A stretch of DNA of 64,000 nt from a virus. Under the pieces are notes generated by a model. That model did no database searches. It was not told the DNA's origin and was given only the letters and a program-made list of their open reading frames with translations. The DNA lies in IMG/VR virus record IMGVR_UViG_3300003690_003155, positions 58,092 through 122,091 of that record, one strand, 5' to 3'. Numbering within the stretch: the stretch's first letter is position 1; every line of letters begins with the position of its first letter. The position numbers were made by a program, and so were the translations under genes. Shown piece after piece: positions 19,684 through 28,813 of the stretch.

Positions 19684-21106
19684 TGTATTGTGTAAAATTA
19701 TAATTTATATGCTCGCTGTCATATAATGCTAAGCGTTGTTCTATATGGCGGCGACCATATCGTAAATTATCAGCGATATCAAAGATTATAAGTTCTTTTT
19801 TATCAATATGCAACCGCAACCCGCGGCCTATACTTTGTATTATTTTGATTTTTGCCTTACCACCGCTAGCAAATACTATATAATGTAAATTTTTTATATT
19901 AATGCCTGTAGAGAATATTTTTGATATAGCGACAACTACTATGTTACTTTGTTCTTCCATCAGGGCTTGTATTTTCTTACGTTCATCTACGTCTACTTCT
20001 CCCCTAATAAAATATATTTGTTTAGTCTTACAGGAATTCTGTAATGTATTCATTAATATTTCACCATGCTCTATATATTCAATTAATATTAATACGTTGT
20101 TATCTAGCTTATTTGAAAGCTTTGCTAATAAATTATTTCTAAAGCAATTTTTACGTATAAATTCATTTTCTTGTAAATAATAAGCGTTAGAATTATTACC
20201 GTGATATATTTCTGCCGAAGATGTATCGTAATTTAATTCTAAGACATGAACCTTAGCTGGAACAACATATTTTTCTTCTCTTAGTTCGTAAGCTTTTTTT
20301 TCAAATAATTGAGGTCCTATTTTACCAAATATATTCCATTTATCTAATAACTCGTCTGGTAAGGTCCCGGTGAAGCCGAATCGATGGGATGTATCTATTC
20401 TCTTAAGAATATTATTTATTTTATTTCCTCTTCTTACTTTATGTACTTCATCTACGATAAGAAAGTCTATATGCTTTATCCATGATATATCTTGCTTTGA
20501 ACTTTGTAAAATACCTAAATTAGCAATAATAACATTATTAGATAAATTTAATTTGTTTTTTCCTGTATATATAGTAGTAGAAAAGGAAACATTGTATTGC
20601 TTAAAATCAGACATAGTTTGATCGACTAATCCTAAGTCTGGAACTATAACTAATCCTTTAAAATTTTTACTATAATTTTTGTAATAAAATTCTAACAATC
20701 CCGCCATTGTAAGAGTCTTACCACCTGCAGTCGCGAGGATTACAGTACCTCTCCCTATGTCGATGCATTTGTTGATTATATCCTGTTGATATTCTCTATA
20801 TTCTAAACTTAAATTATACTTAATAATATTATCTTTACGTAATGTAGGTACCAGTACGTTTTTTATTTCTTTTGTAAAATCAATTGTTATATCTTTTGTT
20901 TTACAGAATTTTGTAATTTCTATTAATAATCCAACATCAGTTTTTCCTTGTTTAGTAATTACATAAGTTCGCTGTGGTACGAACCTACCAAACCTTCTTT
21001 GGAAATGTGCCGCTTCATTTTTTACACTAAAATGTTCTCTAATAATATCTAACTCAGGTCCCTCTATTACTGCTTGAGAGTTTGAATTTAATGTTATATT
21101 AATCAT
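19646..21106 (-). CDS. uvsW: SF2 helicase UvsW
   Basis: ATAGGKT, VDEVH, GFTGT, FSTGINIKNLH, QSIGRGLR. Confidence 0.93.
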   Translation of the reverse strand: MINITLNSNSQAVIEGPELDIIREHFSVKNEAAHFQRRFGRFVPQRTYVITKQGKTDVGLLIEITKFCKTKDITIDFTKEIKNVLVPTLRKDNIIKYNLSLEYREYQQDIINKCIDIGRGTVILATAGGKTLTMAGLLEFYYKNYSKNFKGLVIVPDLGLVDQTMSDFKQYNVSFSTTIYTGKNKLNLSNNVIIANLGILQSSKQDISWIKHIDFLIVDEVHKVRRGNKINNILKRIDTSHRFGFTGTLPDELLDKWNIFGKIGPQLFEKKAYELREEKYVVPAKVHVLELNYDTSSAEIYHGNNSNAYYLQENEFIRKNCFRNNLLAKLSNKLDNNVLILIEYIEHGEILMNTLQNSCKTKQIYFIRGEVDVDERKKIQALMEEQSNIVVVAISKIFSTGINIKNLHYIVFASGGKAKIKIIQSIGRGLRLHIDKKELIIFDIADNLRYGRRHIEQRLALYDSEHINYNFTQYNEAQNNKKIKKT

Positions 21107-21507
21107 TGAGTCTCAAGCTTTATTAACTCTACTAAGTTTCTTATATCATTCGTAGCGAAGCTTATATTTTTATATATATTTTCTAAGAAATTAATAACAA
21201 GTGCTTCATTTTCAATGCTTTGATCTATAATTTTTATTTCTTTTTTATTTTGTACTGCTCTTTCTGCTATAGATCTATTTACTCGAATAGGTTCTTTATC
21301 TTGATAAGCGGTTATATATTCATCAATAGTAGAAGAGCGCTTAAACTTTAAATTATTTAATTTAATTTTATGATTAATTAATCTAGCAGCCCATTTATGT
21401 TTATTAGAGATTAATTGCTCTTGAGTAGAAGTTACGTCTAATCTAGAAAGATTCGTATCTACTCTTGCTTCATCTAAATACTGATTGATAATATCACCAA
21501 TCTCCAT
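21103..21507 (-). CDS. uvsY: Recombination mediator UvsY
   Basis: 134 aa helical protein next to uvsW; HKW and DIRNLVELIKLE C-terminus. Confidence 0.75.
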   Translation of the reverse strand: MEIGDIINQYLDEARVDTNLSRLDVTSTQEQLISNKHKWAARLINHKIKLNNLKFKRSSTIDEYITAYQDKEPIRVNRSIAERAVQNKKEIKIIDQSIENEALVINFLENIYKNISFATNDIRNLVELIKLETQ

Positions 21508-21513
21508 TTATTT

Positions 21514-21547
21514 ATTATAGTCTTTTATTTGGAAAATCAACTAAATA
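21514..21547. promoter_or_regulatory. Back-to-back promoters: TTGATT-N15-TATAAT (minus, uvsY) and late TAAATA (plus, oxygenase)
   Basis: Direct reading; each element 5-6 nt from a start codon. Confidence 0.55.
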
Positions 21548-21552
21548 TATAT

Positions 21553-22395
21553 ATGAGTAACGCTCTAGAGCACATATTAAATAAAATTAACGAAGCTCAA
21601 TTAATTCAAGATCCATGGCCATATTTGTTCATCGAGGAGTATGTACCGGAGTCATTTTATAAAAAACTCATTAACGAAACCACTAGTATCCATTTCCAAA
21701 TTGGAGCGAGTCGTCGTCAAATACAAGAAGTATTAAATACCTGGTACGATATTTCCCCTATATCGAGTAATTATGGTGGTGAGACATTACAGGAGTATTG
21801 TGATATTGTTTCTAGTAAAGACTTGCAGGATGCTATTTACCTTAAATTTGCTGATTTTCTAAAAAAATATGGGCATGTTAATTATGTTAATAAGTCACAA
21901 GATATAGTTGGTGTTGTAACTGAATATGATGTTATAACTAGAGGGTGGAAATATCCAATACACTCAGATATAAAGAAAAAACTTTTTACTCATTTGCATT
22001 ACTTAGCGGTTGAAGGTGATGATAAATCTATAGGAACACGATTGTATCCTAATACAGGAAAAGGAAACTCATTAGATTTTGATAAAGATTGTTTGATGAC
22101 GCTACCTTATCTTCCTAATAGTGTATTAATATTTTGCCCGAGTAATGTGAACGAACATAGAACTAATCATGCAGTATGTCATAGATCTAAACAAACAAAC
22201 TATAGAAGATCTCTTCACACATTTTATCACTGTGAGTTCCCGGCACCACCATTAGATCAAATAGATAAATGGGCATTAGTACCTGAAAATAAAAATTTAG
22301 GATATTATTATACTGTTGAGAAGGAATATATGTACAATCGCTCTCGTCTCGCAAAAGAGCAAGTAAGTATATTTGGATCTGTTAAATTATTTTAA
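21553..22395 (+). CDS. 2OG-Fe(II) oxygenase family protein
   Basis: DPWPYL, HSD (HxD), GTRLY, distal NHAV and RRS; start moved to ATG 21553. Confidence 0.75.
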   Translation: MSNALEHILNKINEAQLIQDPWPYLFIEEYVPESFYKKLINETTSIHFQIGASRRQIQEVLNTWYDISPISSNYGGETLQEYCDIVSSKDLQDAIYLKFADFLKKYGHVNYVNKSQDIVGVVTEYDVITRGWKYPIHSDIKKKLFTHLHYLAVEGDDKSIGTRLYPNTGKGNSLDFDKDCLMTLPYLPNSVLIFCPSNVNEHRTNHAVCHRSKQTNYRRSLHTFYHCEFPAPPLDQIDKWALVPENKNLGYYYTVEKEYMYNRSRLAKEQVSIFGSVKLF

Positions 22396-23025
22396 GTCTC
22401 TTACAAAATCATAGAACTCTTGTCTCGTAAGATCTCCTTTATCTAAAAATGCACCTGACATTCTAGCAGTTTTCATTGTACTATTGTGCTTAACTCCTCT
22501 AACACACGCACACATATGATCTGCTTCTACTAGAACCGCAACTCCTTTATTTTGTTCAGCCACAAGATCAATGTGTTTATGAATTTGCATAGTTAAATTC
22601 TCTTGTACTTGTGGCCTACGCGCAAACCATTCAACGATTCTATTCAACTTACTGAGTCCGATAACCTTTCCTTCTTTACCAGGTATATAAGATACATGAG
22701 CAAAACCGACAAATGGTAAGTGATGATGAGAGCAAAAAGAATGTACTGTAATATTACCTTGAAAAACTAAACCATCGTACTTATCGACGTTATCAAACGC
22801 TGTTATTTTAGGAGGCTCGTTATAACACCCTTCCGCTAGGTCATTGACAAATGCTTTTGCCACCCGTCTCGGTGTGTCTGCGCTATTAGGATCGTTTCTC
22901 CAGTCGAACCCTAAGGCATCCATATATCCCTCGTACGCCTTTGCAGCGCTATTAATAATATTTTCTTTTTCTTCTCGAGTTCTAGGTCGATTTTGATTGG
23001 CGTATTGAAGTAAAACCTCATTCAT
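22387..23025 (-). CDS. folE: GTP cyclohydrolase I
   Basis: TPRRVAK, SFCSHHHLPF, GLSKLNRIV, RRPQVQE, HMCACVRGV. Confidence 0.95.
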   Translation of the reverse strand: MNEVLLQYANQNRPRTREEKENIINSAAKAYEGYMDALGFDWRNDPNSADTPRRVAKAFVNDLAEGCYNEPPKITAFDNVDKYDGLVFQGNITVHSFCSHHHLPFVGFAHVSYIPGKEGKVIGLSKLNRIVEWFARRPQVQENLTMQIHKHIDLVAEQNKGVAVLVEADHMCACVRGVKHNSTMKTARMSGAFLDKGDLTRQEFYDFVRDLK

Positions 23026-23032
23026 ATGAATC

Positions 23033-23071
23033 ATTATAATATAATTGAATTATAAATCAACTAATTAAATA
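23033..23071. promoter_or_regulatory. Back-to-back promoters: TTGATT-N16-TATAAT (minus, folE) and late TAAATA (plus)
   Basis: Direct reading. Confidence 0.6.
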
Positions 23072-23076
23072 ATTAT

Positions 23077-23985
23077 GTGGATTATGTTATTTTAAATAAT
23101 GGTTGTTCTTTTTCTGCAGATTGGTCTTCGCATCGATATGGCGATAAAATCGGTGAGGACCATATATTAAGTGAACGTGACCAATTTGGCCGACGTAATC
23201 GGCCCCCAAAAGTCGTGGCACGCTCAAAATCATGGAATTGGACTACGTATTGTAAATACTTATCTGGAAAAATATATAATATTGCGATGGGTGGTACAGG
23301 TATTGAATCAGATAGATTAGCTAGTTTTATTAATGACGTTGATACTGGGCGCACCCACCGTAAGAACCTATATACATTTCAGGACAATTTTGAACCGACG
23401 GTACCATCACCGGGTCCAGGTCAGCGTAACTCGATCCCAGCAGATCTTAAGTTAACACATTTTATTTATCAGCTGCCGTCATTATGTCGGCAAGTCATCC
23501 ATACAACATTAAATTATGAAGATTTTTTAAAGGCGCCTATAGGTTTACGTGAGGCGTGGGAGGATTATAGAAAATCTTTATCAGAGCCGTATGATCATGC
23601 AGCAGAAAAACATAAATTTAAAAACAAAGAAGATTTATGGCGCAATGTTGCAGCACAATCATCTAATTTAGAAAAATACGTAACAAAGGCATTAAGTTCA
23701 ATCCATGAAAGCGTAACCATGGTCCGGGAGAAATGGCCGGATATAAAAATTATACTATTAAAATATACACATTCACATGAAAATAATGGAGTAATAATGG
23801 AATTTAGTAAAGATTTTTATAAAAATGATGTACGTAAGTACTGTGATGATAATAATGTTACGTATATATATGAACATACCTTTAATACCAATTGGTTTGC
23901 CGAGCATGGGTTAGCAAATGACCGTCGCCACCCTAATGAAGCCGGAGCGAGACTTATAGCGAGTAAAGTTAAAGAATATTTATGA
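23077..23985 (+). CDS. SGNH-hydrolase-like hypothetical protein
   Basis: NNGCSFS (GDS-like block), NIAMGG, DRRHPNEAG (DxxH block). Confidence 0.55.
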   Translation: MDYVILNNGCSFSADWSSHRYGDKIGEDHILSERDQFGRRNRPPKVVARSKSWNWTTYCKYLSGKIYNIAMGGTGIESDRLASFINDVDTGRTHRKNLYTFQDNFEPTVPSPGPGQRNSIPADLKLTHFIYQLPSLCRQVIHTTLNYEDFLKAPIGLREAWEDYRKSLSEPYDHAAEKHKFKNKEDLWRNVAAQSSNLEKYVTKALSSIHESVTMVREKWPDIKIILLKYTHSHENNGVIMEFSKDFYKNDVRKYCDDNNVTYIYEHTFNTNWFAEHGLANDRRHPNEAGARLIASKVKEYL

Positions 23986-24101
23986 GAAAGATATGGTTTA
24001 AAATTAGAATTAGATATGCGCAATTAAAGCAGTGGCTTTATTGTAAAATTAAAAAAGTAAAAAACAAGCCTGATGATCCTAATATATATCCTTTTTGGTA
24101 G
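23982..24101 (+). CDS. Small basic protein, 39 aa
   Basis: Not in ORF track; ATGA overlap with upstream stop; MRKIWFKIRIRYAQLKQWLYCKIKKVKNKPDDPNIYPFW fills the gap. Confidence 0.55.
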   Translation: MRKIWFKIRIRYAQLKQWLYCKIKKVKNKPDDPNIYPFW

Positions 24102-24106
24102 TTAGC

Positions 24107-24802
24107 GTGAAATATTGTATATTAAATAATGGGTGCTCTCATTCAGCAAAGACTATATCTACTCGAACTTCTTATTGTGATTTTTTACCTGGAGATGTAT
24201 ATAATATCGCATCACCAAATTCTGCGATTGAATGTCTTACATTAAAAGATTTTTTATATGAAAACAACGATATAATGTTAACACATTATATATATCAAAT
24301 ACCATCTCCGATTAGACAGTTACAATATGCAGGATTAAGCGACGATGGATTTTCGAAAACACCTATGGATGTAGTAGGTGATGTACAAAAACATATTAAT
24401 ATAATTTGTAATCATTACCGCAGCCAAGCAAAGTCTCATGGGACTTGGAATTCCCGGAGTCCAACCCCGATAACTAAAATTATACTTTTACGGTATGAAG
24501 AAACTAAATACCCTCTCATTTATGAATTTGGTAATAGTGATATTACGGATATTGAAAAAAATGATCCACTTGAGTATTGGTTTTATATTTGCGTTAGATT
24601 TTTTACGTCAGCTTTTTATAGAGACTTATTAGATTTAAGACGTGGTTTCCATAGAACAAATTTTTATAATGTTAGATATATATATGAAAATGATTTTAAT
24701 ACAGAACAGTTTAAGACTAACGGGTGGGCTAATGATGAATATGGTCATCCAAACGAAATAGGCGCTAAAATAATAGCTGATAAAATTAAGGAGTATATAT
24801 AA
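24107..24802 (+). CDS. SGNH-hydrolase-like hypothetical protein, paralog of 23077..23985
   Basis: Shared ILNNGCS, YNIA, LTHYIYQIPS..RQ, YIYE..FNT, HPNE.GA..IA.K.KEY; likely GTG start 24107. Confidence 0.55.
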   Translation: MKYCILNNGCSHSAKTISTRTSYCDFLPGDVYNIASPNSAIECLTLKDFLYENNDIMLTHYIYQIPSPIRQLQYAGLSDDGFSKTPMDVVGDVQKHINIICNHYRSQAKSHGTWNSRSPTPITKIILLRYEETKYPLIYEFGNSDITDIEKNDPLEYWFYICVRFFTSAFYRDLLDLRRGFHRTNFYNVRYIYENDFNTEQFKTNGWANDEYGHPNEIGAKIIADKIKEYI

Positions 24803-24817
24803 AGAGTAAAATATAAC

Positions 24818-24845
24818 TTGATAAAGAGAGTTTTTAATATATAAT
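24818..24845 (+). promoter_or_regulatory. Sigma70-like promoter TTGATA-N16-TATAAT, 6 nt before queD ATG
   Basis: Direct reading. Confidence 0.65.
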
Positions 24846-24851
24846 AAATAT

Positions 24852-25352
24852 ATGAGTTTTATTAGTACGAAAATTCTTGAACTTGGTAGCTGTGCTTTTC
24901 GGCAACCTAATGCAGAATCTCACTGTAGATATCTACACGGTTATAGACTAACAGCTAAGTTTTGGTTTAAAGCTAACCAGTTAGATGAGAACAATTGGGT
25001 AGTAGATTTCGGCAGTCTCGGTCACTTAAAAAAGCTTCTTAAGGATCAATTTGATCACATTACAGTTATAGATAAAAATGATCCTTATATTGATAGTTTT
25101 AAAGGCCTCGCTGATGCCGGAGTATTAGATTTACGAGTAATGGATGGAGTTGGTATCGAAAAATTTGCTCAATATTGCTTTAAAGTAAGCAATGACTTTA
25201 TTTCAGAACAATCTGAAGGGAGATGTTGGGTGGATAAAGTTGAAGTTTTTGAACATGAAAACAATTCTGCTATATATACAGAGAATATTACTACTACGAT
25301 GAGATTTGCTGCTGATCCAGAAGCTGGATACCAAAACGCATGCGTTTGTTAA
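24852..25352 (+). CDS. queD: 6-carboxy-5,6,7,8-tetrahydropterin synthase
   Basis: HCRYLHGY, WVVDFG, FDH, VEVFEHENNSA. Confidence 0.9.
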   Translation: MSFISTKILELGSCAFRQPNAESHCRYLHGYRLTAKFWFKANQLDENNWVVDFGSLGHLKKLLKDQFDHITVIDKNDPYIDSFKGLADAGVLDLRVMDGVGIEKFAQYCFKVSNDFISEQSEGRCWVDKVEVFEHENNSAIYTENITTTMRFAADPEAGYQNACVC

Positions 25353-25356
25353 TGAA

Positions 25357-25521
25357 ATGGGTAAAGGAAGCAAAAGAAGACGCAAAGAGGATATAGGAGA
25401 AATTGTTTCCAATTGGGATGAAATCGATTGGGGATATATAATGTTTACTAAAGACGAAGAAGCCGAAAAAGAAAAAAATGAGCGAAAAGGAATCAGAGAT
25501 ACTAAACGTCGACGGAAATGA
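25357..25521 (+). CDS. Small hypothetical protein (MGKGSKRR...)
   Basis: ATG just after queD stop; highly charged 54 aa. Confidence 0.5.
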   Translation: MGKGSKRRRKEDIGEIVSNWDEIDWGYIMFTKDEEAEKEKNERKGIRDTKRRRK

Positions 25522-26248
25522 TACAATTTATCTATCAGATGATAAGATATTTTATACAGTAGAAGGAGAAGGCGAACTTATAGGCTACCCTTCTGTGTTT
25601 ATGCGACTTTCGATGTGTAACTTAACATGTCAAGGATTTGCGTCAGAAGCCTCACCTCATGGATGTGATAGTTTTATTTCTTGGAGGGTAAAAAACAAAC
25701 TTACATTAAAAGAGGTACTTGATTTTCTCGAGAGTAGTGGCTATAAAGATCATTTATACAACGGTGCTATATTAAAGATTACTGGAGGTGAGCCCTTAGT
25801 ACAGCAAAAGGCATTATTACGCTTTTTAAGTTATATGGAAGTTGAATGGGGATGGGTTCCTCGTATAGATTTTGAAACTAATGCAACTATTTTACCTGAT
25901 AAAGAATGGACGAGAGTAGCTGCTACGTTTACCACATCCCCTAAAATGAGTAATAATGGTGACCCTGTAGATAGACGATATAAACCTACAGTATTAGAGT
26001 GGCATGCTCTAATGGGATCTGGTTTTAAGTTTGTTATTAATCAAGAATCAGATATAGATGAAGTTTTTGGTAAATATGTTGTACCGTTTGATATACCTAC
26101 AGGCAGGGTATGGTTAATGCCTTGTTGCGGTAGTAGAGAAGAGCATATAGAAAAGGCTCCTATGGTTGCTGAACTAGCTAAGAGGTATAGATTTAACTTT
26201 AGCCCACGACTTCATTTATTAGTATGGGATATGGCTTTAAAAGTTTAA
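25478..26248 (+). CDS. queE: 7-carboxy-7-deazaguanine synthase (radical SAM)
   Basis: IFYTVEGEG, FMRLSMCNLTC...GCDS, ITGGEP, ETN, SPK, SPRLH. Confidence 0.92.
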   Translation: MSEKESEILNVDGNDTIYLSDDKIFYTVEGEGELIGYPSVFMRLSMCNLTCQGFASEASPHGCDSFISWRVKNKLTLKEVLDFLESSGYKDHLYNGAILKITGGEPLVQQKALLRFLSYMEVEWGWVPRIDFETNATILPDKEWTRVAATFTTSPKMSNNGDPVDRRYKPTVLEWHALMGSGFKFVINQESDIDEVFGKYVVPFDIPTGRVWLMPCCGSREEHIEKAPMVAELAKRYRFNFSPRLHLLVWDMALKV

Positions 26249-26265
26249 TTAAATAAATATTAAAT

Positions 26266-26949
26266 ATGAGAATTGCAATTAGCGGGACTGGGTGTCAAGG
26301 TAAAACTACTCTTATAAGAGATTTTCTTGATCAATGGCCTTCTTATACTACATCAAAAAAAACTTATAGAGATGTTATTAAAGACACCAACCTCTCTCAT
26401 TCATCAAAAACAAATGAAGACACACAATGGGATATTCTTAATTTTATGATTGATGAATTACAAAAAACTAAAAAAGGAGATAAAGTTATTTTCGATAGAT
26501 GTCCTTTAGATAATTTAGTTTATAGTATCTGGTCAAATGAAAAGAAGAATTCTGATATTACACAGAAATTTATTAAAAAGTGTATACCATTAGTTAGAGA
26601 AACCTTAAGATTTATTGATATTATATTTTTTACTCCCATTACTAAAGTAGCTCCCGTAGAAATAGAAGAAGATGAGTTAAGAGACTCTGATTTAGAGTTT
26701 ATAGAAGAAGTTGATCATTTATTTAAAGCAATTCATAGAGACCATCAGACTAATTCTAACAGTAATTTCTTTGTTGATGATGATAAGCCTGCTATGCTTG
26801 AAGTATTTGGAAATAGAAGAGAGCGTATAGAAATAATTAAATTATATCTTGACGAAGATGGTGACTTGATACAGCCAGGTAATATTATTGATGAAGAAAC
26901 ATTACATGAAATGGAAAAGATGAAGAAAGCCTTTAATGTAAAAGATTAA
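26266..26949 (+). CDS. P-loop kinase (AAA_28/NadR/dNMP kinase-like)
   Basis: GTGCQGKTT Walker A and FDRCPLD. Confidence 0.75.
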   Translation: MRIAISGTGCQGKTTLIRDFLDQWPSYTTSKKTYRDVIKDTNLSHSSKTNEDTQWDILNFMIDELQKTKKGDKVIFDRCPLDNLVYSIWSNEKKNSDITQKFIKKCIPLVRETLRFIDIIFFTPITKVAPVEIEEDELRDSDLEFIEEVDHLFKAIHRDHQTNSNSNFFVDDDKPAMLEVFGNRRERIEIIKLYLDEDGDLIQPGNIIDEETLHEMEKMKKAFNVKD

Positions 26950-26957
26950 ATAATTAT

Positions 26958-27149
26958 ATGACTGATTATGATAACTTATGTGAGAGGTATATGACGAGAC
27001 AAGTTCGGTCTTTTTATCCTCGTAAATTTGAACTTTCACAAGAATTTATTGAAGCATTTAAATTAGAATATTCAAGATTATCTGAATCGGGTCAAAATAG
27101 AAGAACTCTCTTAGAGAGAATACGTAAAGCATTATCCTTTCATCTTTAA
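26958..27149 (+). CDS. Hypothetical protein
   Basis: 63 aa ORF with TAAATA 5 nt upstream. Confidence 0.55.
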   Translation: MTDYDNLCERYMTRQVRSFYPRKFELSQEFIEAFKLEYSRLSESGQNRRTLLERIRKALSFHL

Positions 27150-27932
27150 TTTCTGTAAAACTCTAACAATATATTTTAATATTTCAGATCTTACAATATC
27201 TACTTCATCAAATTTAAACGTATATATACCGTGGTCATAAGATTCCTTTTTATTAAACCCACGTATAATTGACTCAAAACCAGATTTAGTTCCTATATCG
27301 CTCTGTTGGGTATCACCAGTAACTATATATTTTGTACCTTCACCAAACCTTGTTAATATTGTAGTTAACTCTACTTGTGTTAAATTTTGAGCTTCATCTA
27401 CAATAACACATGCATTATTAAATGTTAATCCCCGTACATAATTAACAGGTACGCACTTGATATACTCTTCTGCTATTAAGCTGGATGCTATCGATTTATC
27501 GATAAATTCAGTTAATTTCTCAAATAAAGGAAAACACCAGGGTAAAAATTTTTCATCGATTTCTCCTGGAAGAGACCCCATACTTTTTGATGCAGACTCT
27601 ACAATACTCCTAATATAAACAATTTCTTGTACTTTATGTGTACGTAATAATTGTAATGCTATATATACTGAAAGATATGTTTTTGCTGAACCCGCAGGTC
27701 CGTCAACAACCGCCATTTTACAATTATCCTTAAAGCAAGTTTCGAGAAACTGGTCGTGAATAGGAGTTATTTCGTATTTTTGCTTAACATCAAAATCTAA
27801 GAATCTATTTTTTTGTATACTTTCTTCAATTTCGTTATTTTTTATTACTGTTTTTATACTAACTCGTCGCCCGCTGAGCGTAGTCCTTTTAGTTGAGTTA
27901 GAAGCCGCCGGAACACGTCCCTTTCTAGCCAT
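27132..27932 (-). CDS. phoH: PhoH-like ATPase
   Basis: GPAGSAKT, GSLPG, RGLTF, IVDEAQN, TRFG, GDTQQSD, DIVRS. Confidence 0.93.
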   Translation of the reverse strand: MARKGRVPAASNSTKRTTLSGRRVSIKTVIKNNEIEESIQKNRFLDFDVKQKYEITPIHDQFLETCFKDNCKMAVVDGPAGSAKTYLSVYIALQLLRTHKVQEIVYIRSIVESASKSMGSLPGEIDEKFLPWCFPLFEKLTEFIDKSIASSLIAEEYIKCVPVNYVRGLTFNNACVIVDEAQNLTQVELTTILTRFGEGTKYIVTGDTQQSDIGTKSGFESIIRGFNKKESYDHGIYTFKFDEVDIVRSEILKYIVRVLQKLKMKG

Positions 27933-27941
27933 ATCTTTAAT

Positions 27942-27976
27942 TATTTAATTGATTTATACCGATTATAAACTAAAAT
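27942..27976. promoter_or_regulatory. Back-to-back promoters: late TAAATA (minus, phoH) and TTGATT-N16-TAAAAT (plus, glycan island)
   Basis: Direct reading. Confidence 0.55.
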
Positions 27977-27979
27977 ATT

Positions 27980-28813
27980 ATGGTGGATATACTGTTATCA
28001 TGTTTATCGTTTAAGGAATATACAGGTTCAGAGATTTATTTTTATGAAATAGCTACCGCACTACATAAAGCGGGTCATAATGTACGTCTTTTTTCACCTA
28101 TTCACGGCTCACCGCTCGTTGATAAAGTAGACAATGTATTTTTCGCAGATAGATATAACGTAGATAACGTCCAGTATGATGTAGTTATATTTTCACACGG
28201 AAATGTTATATGGGACTATATAAAAAACGTTAAGGCAAAAAAATTTATAAATGTTGTTCATTCAGAAGTTCTAGAATTAGAAGAACCACTTATTAATTCA
28301 AAAGTAAATCTATACGTAGGGATAAGACCATCAATTGTTGAATTTATTAAAAATAAAATAACTAACGGTGAAGTTAAATTAATATATAATCCATTTGATT
28401 TTGATAGATTTAATTCTAAAAAATGTAAGAAGAATAATAAAAAAGATAAAACAGTCCTCTTTCCAGGAAGCTTGGATTATTTACGATATAAACCGTTAAA
28501 ATATTTACTTGATCTCTCTGAAAAACAAAATTTTAAAGTTATGCACGTCGGTAGAAACGACTATTCTATAGACCACCCTAATTTTATCACCTATGAGCCT
28601 ACTTGGAAGGTGGAAAAATATTATAAAAAATGCGATATTGTATCAGGTATATTTTTAGGCCGAACTTCTATAGAGGGACTATTATGTGGTAAAAAGATAT
28701 TACAATTTGATGTTGATAATAAAGGTAATATAAAACAAGTATATTGGCATACTGAAGATAATTTACAAAAATTTAATAAACATACAATAGCAAAACAACT
28801 TCTCTGTGAATAA
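27980..28813 (+). CDS. Glycosyltransferase (GT4-like)
   Basis: TGSEIY, GHNV, IYNPFD, GRTSIEGLLCG. Confidence 0.75.
   Translation: MVDILLSCLSFKEYTGSEIYFYEIATALHKAGHNVRLFSPIHGSPLVDKVDNVFFADRYNVDNVQYDVVIFSHGNVIWDYIKNVKAKKFINVVHSEVLELEEPLINSKVNLYVGIRPSIVEFIKNKITNGEVKLIYNPFDFDRFNSKKCKKNNKKDKTVLFPGSLDYLRYKPLKYLLDLSEKQNFKVMHVGRNDYSIDHPNFITYEPTWKVEKYYKKCDIVSGIFLGRTSIEGLLCGKKILQFDVDNKGNIKQVYWHTEDNLQKFNKHTIAKQLLCE

Noticed and set aside
3387-20621. Short plus-strand ORFs antisense to replication genes (e.g. 3387, 8083, 12920, 15620, 16398, 19902)
   Set aside because: Shadow ORFs fully inside well-supported genes, with no motifs
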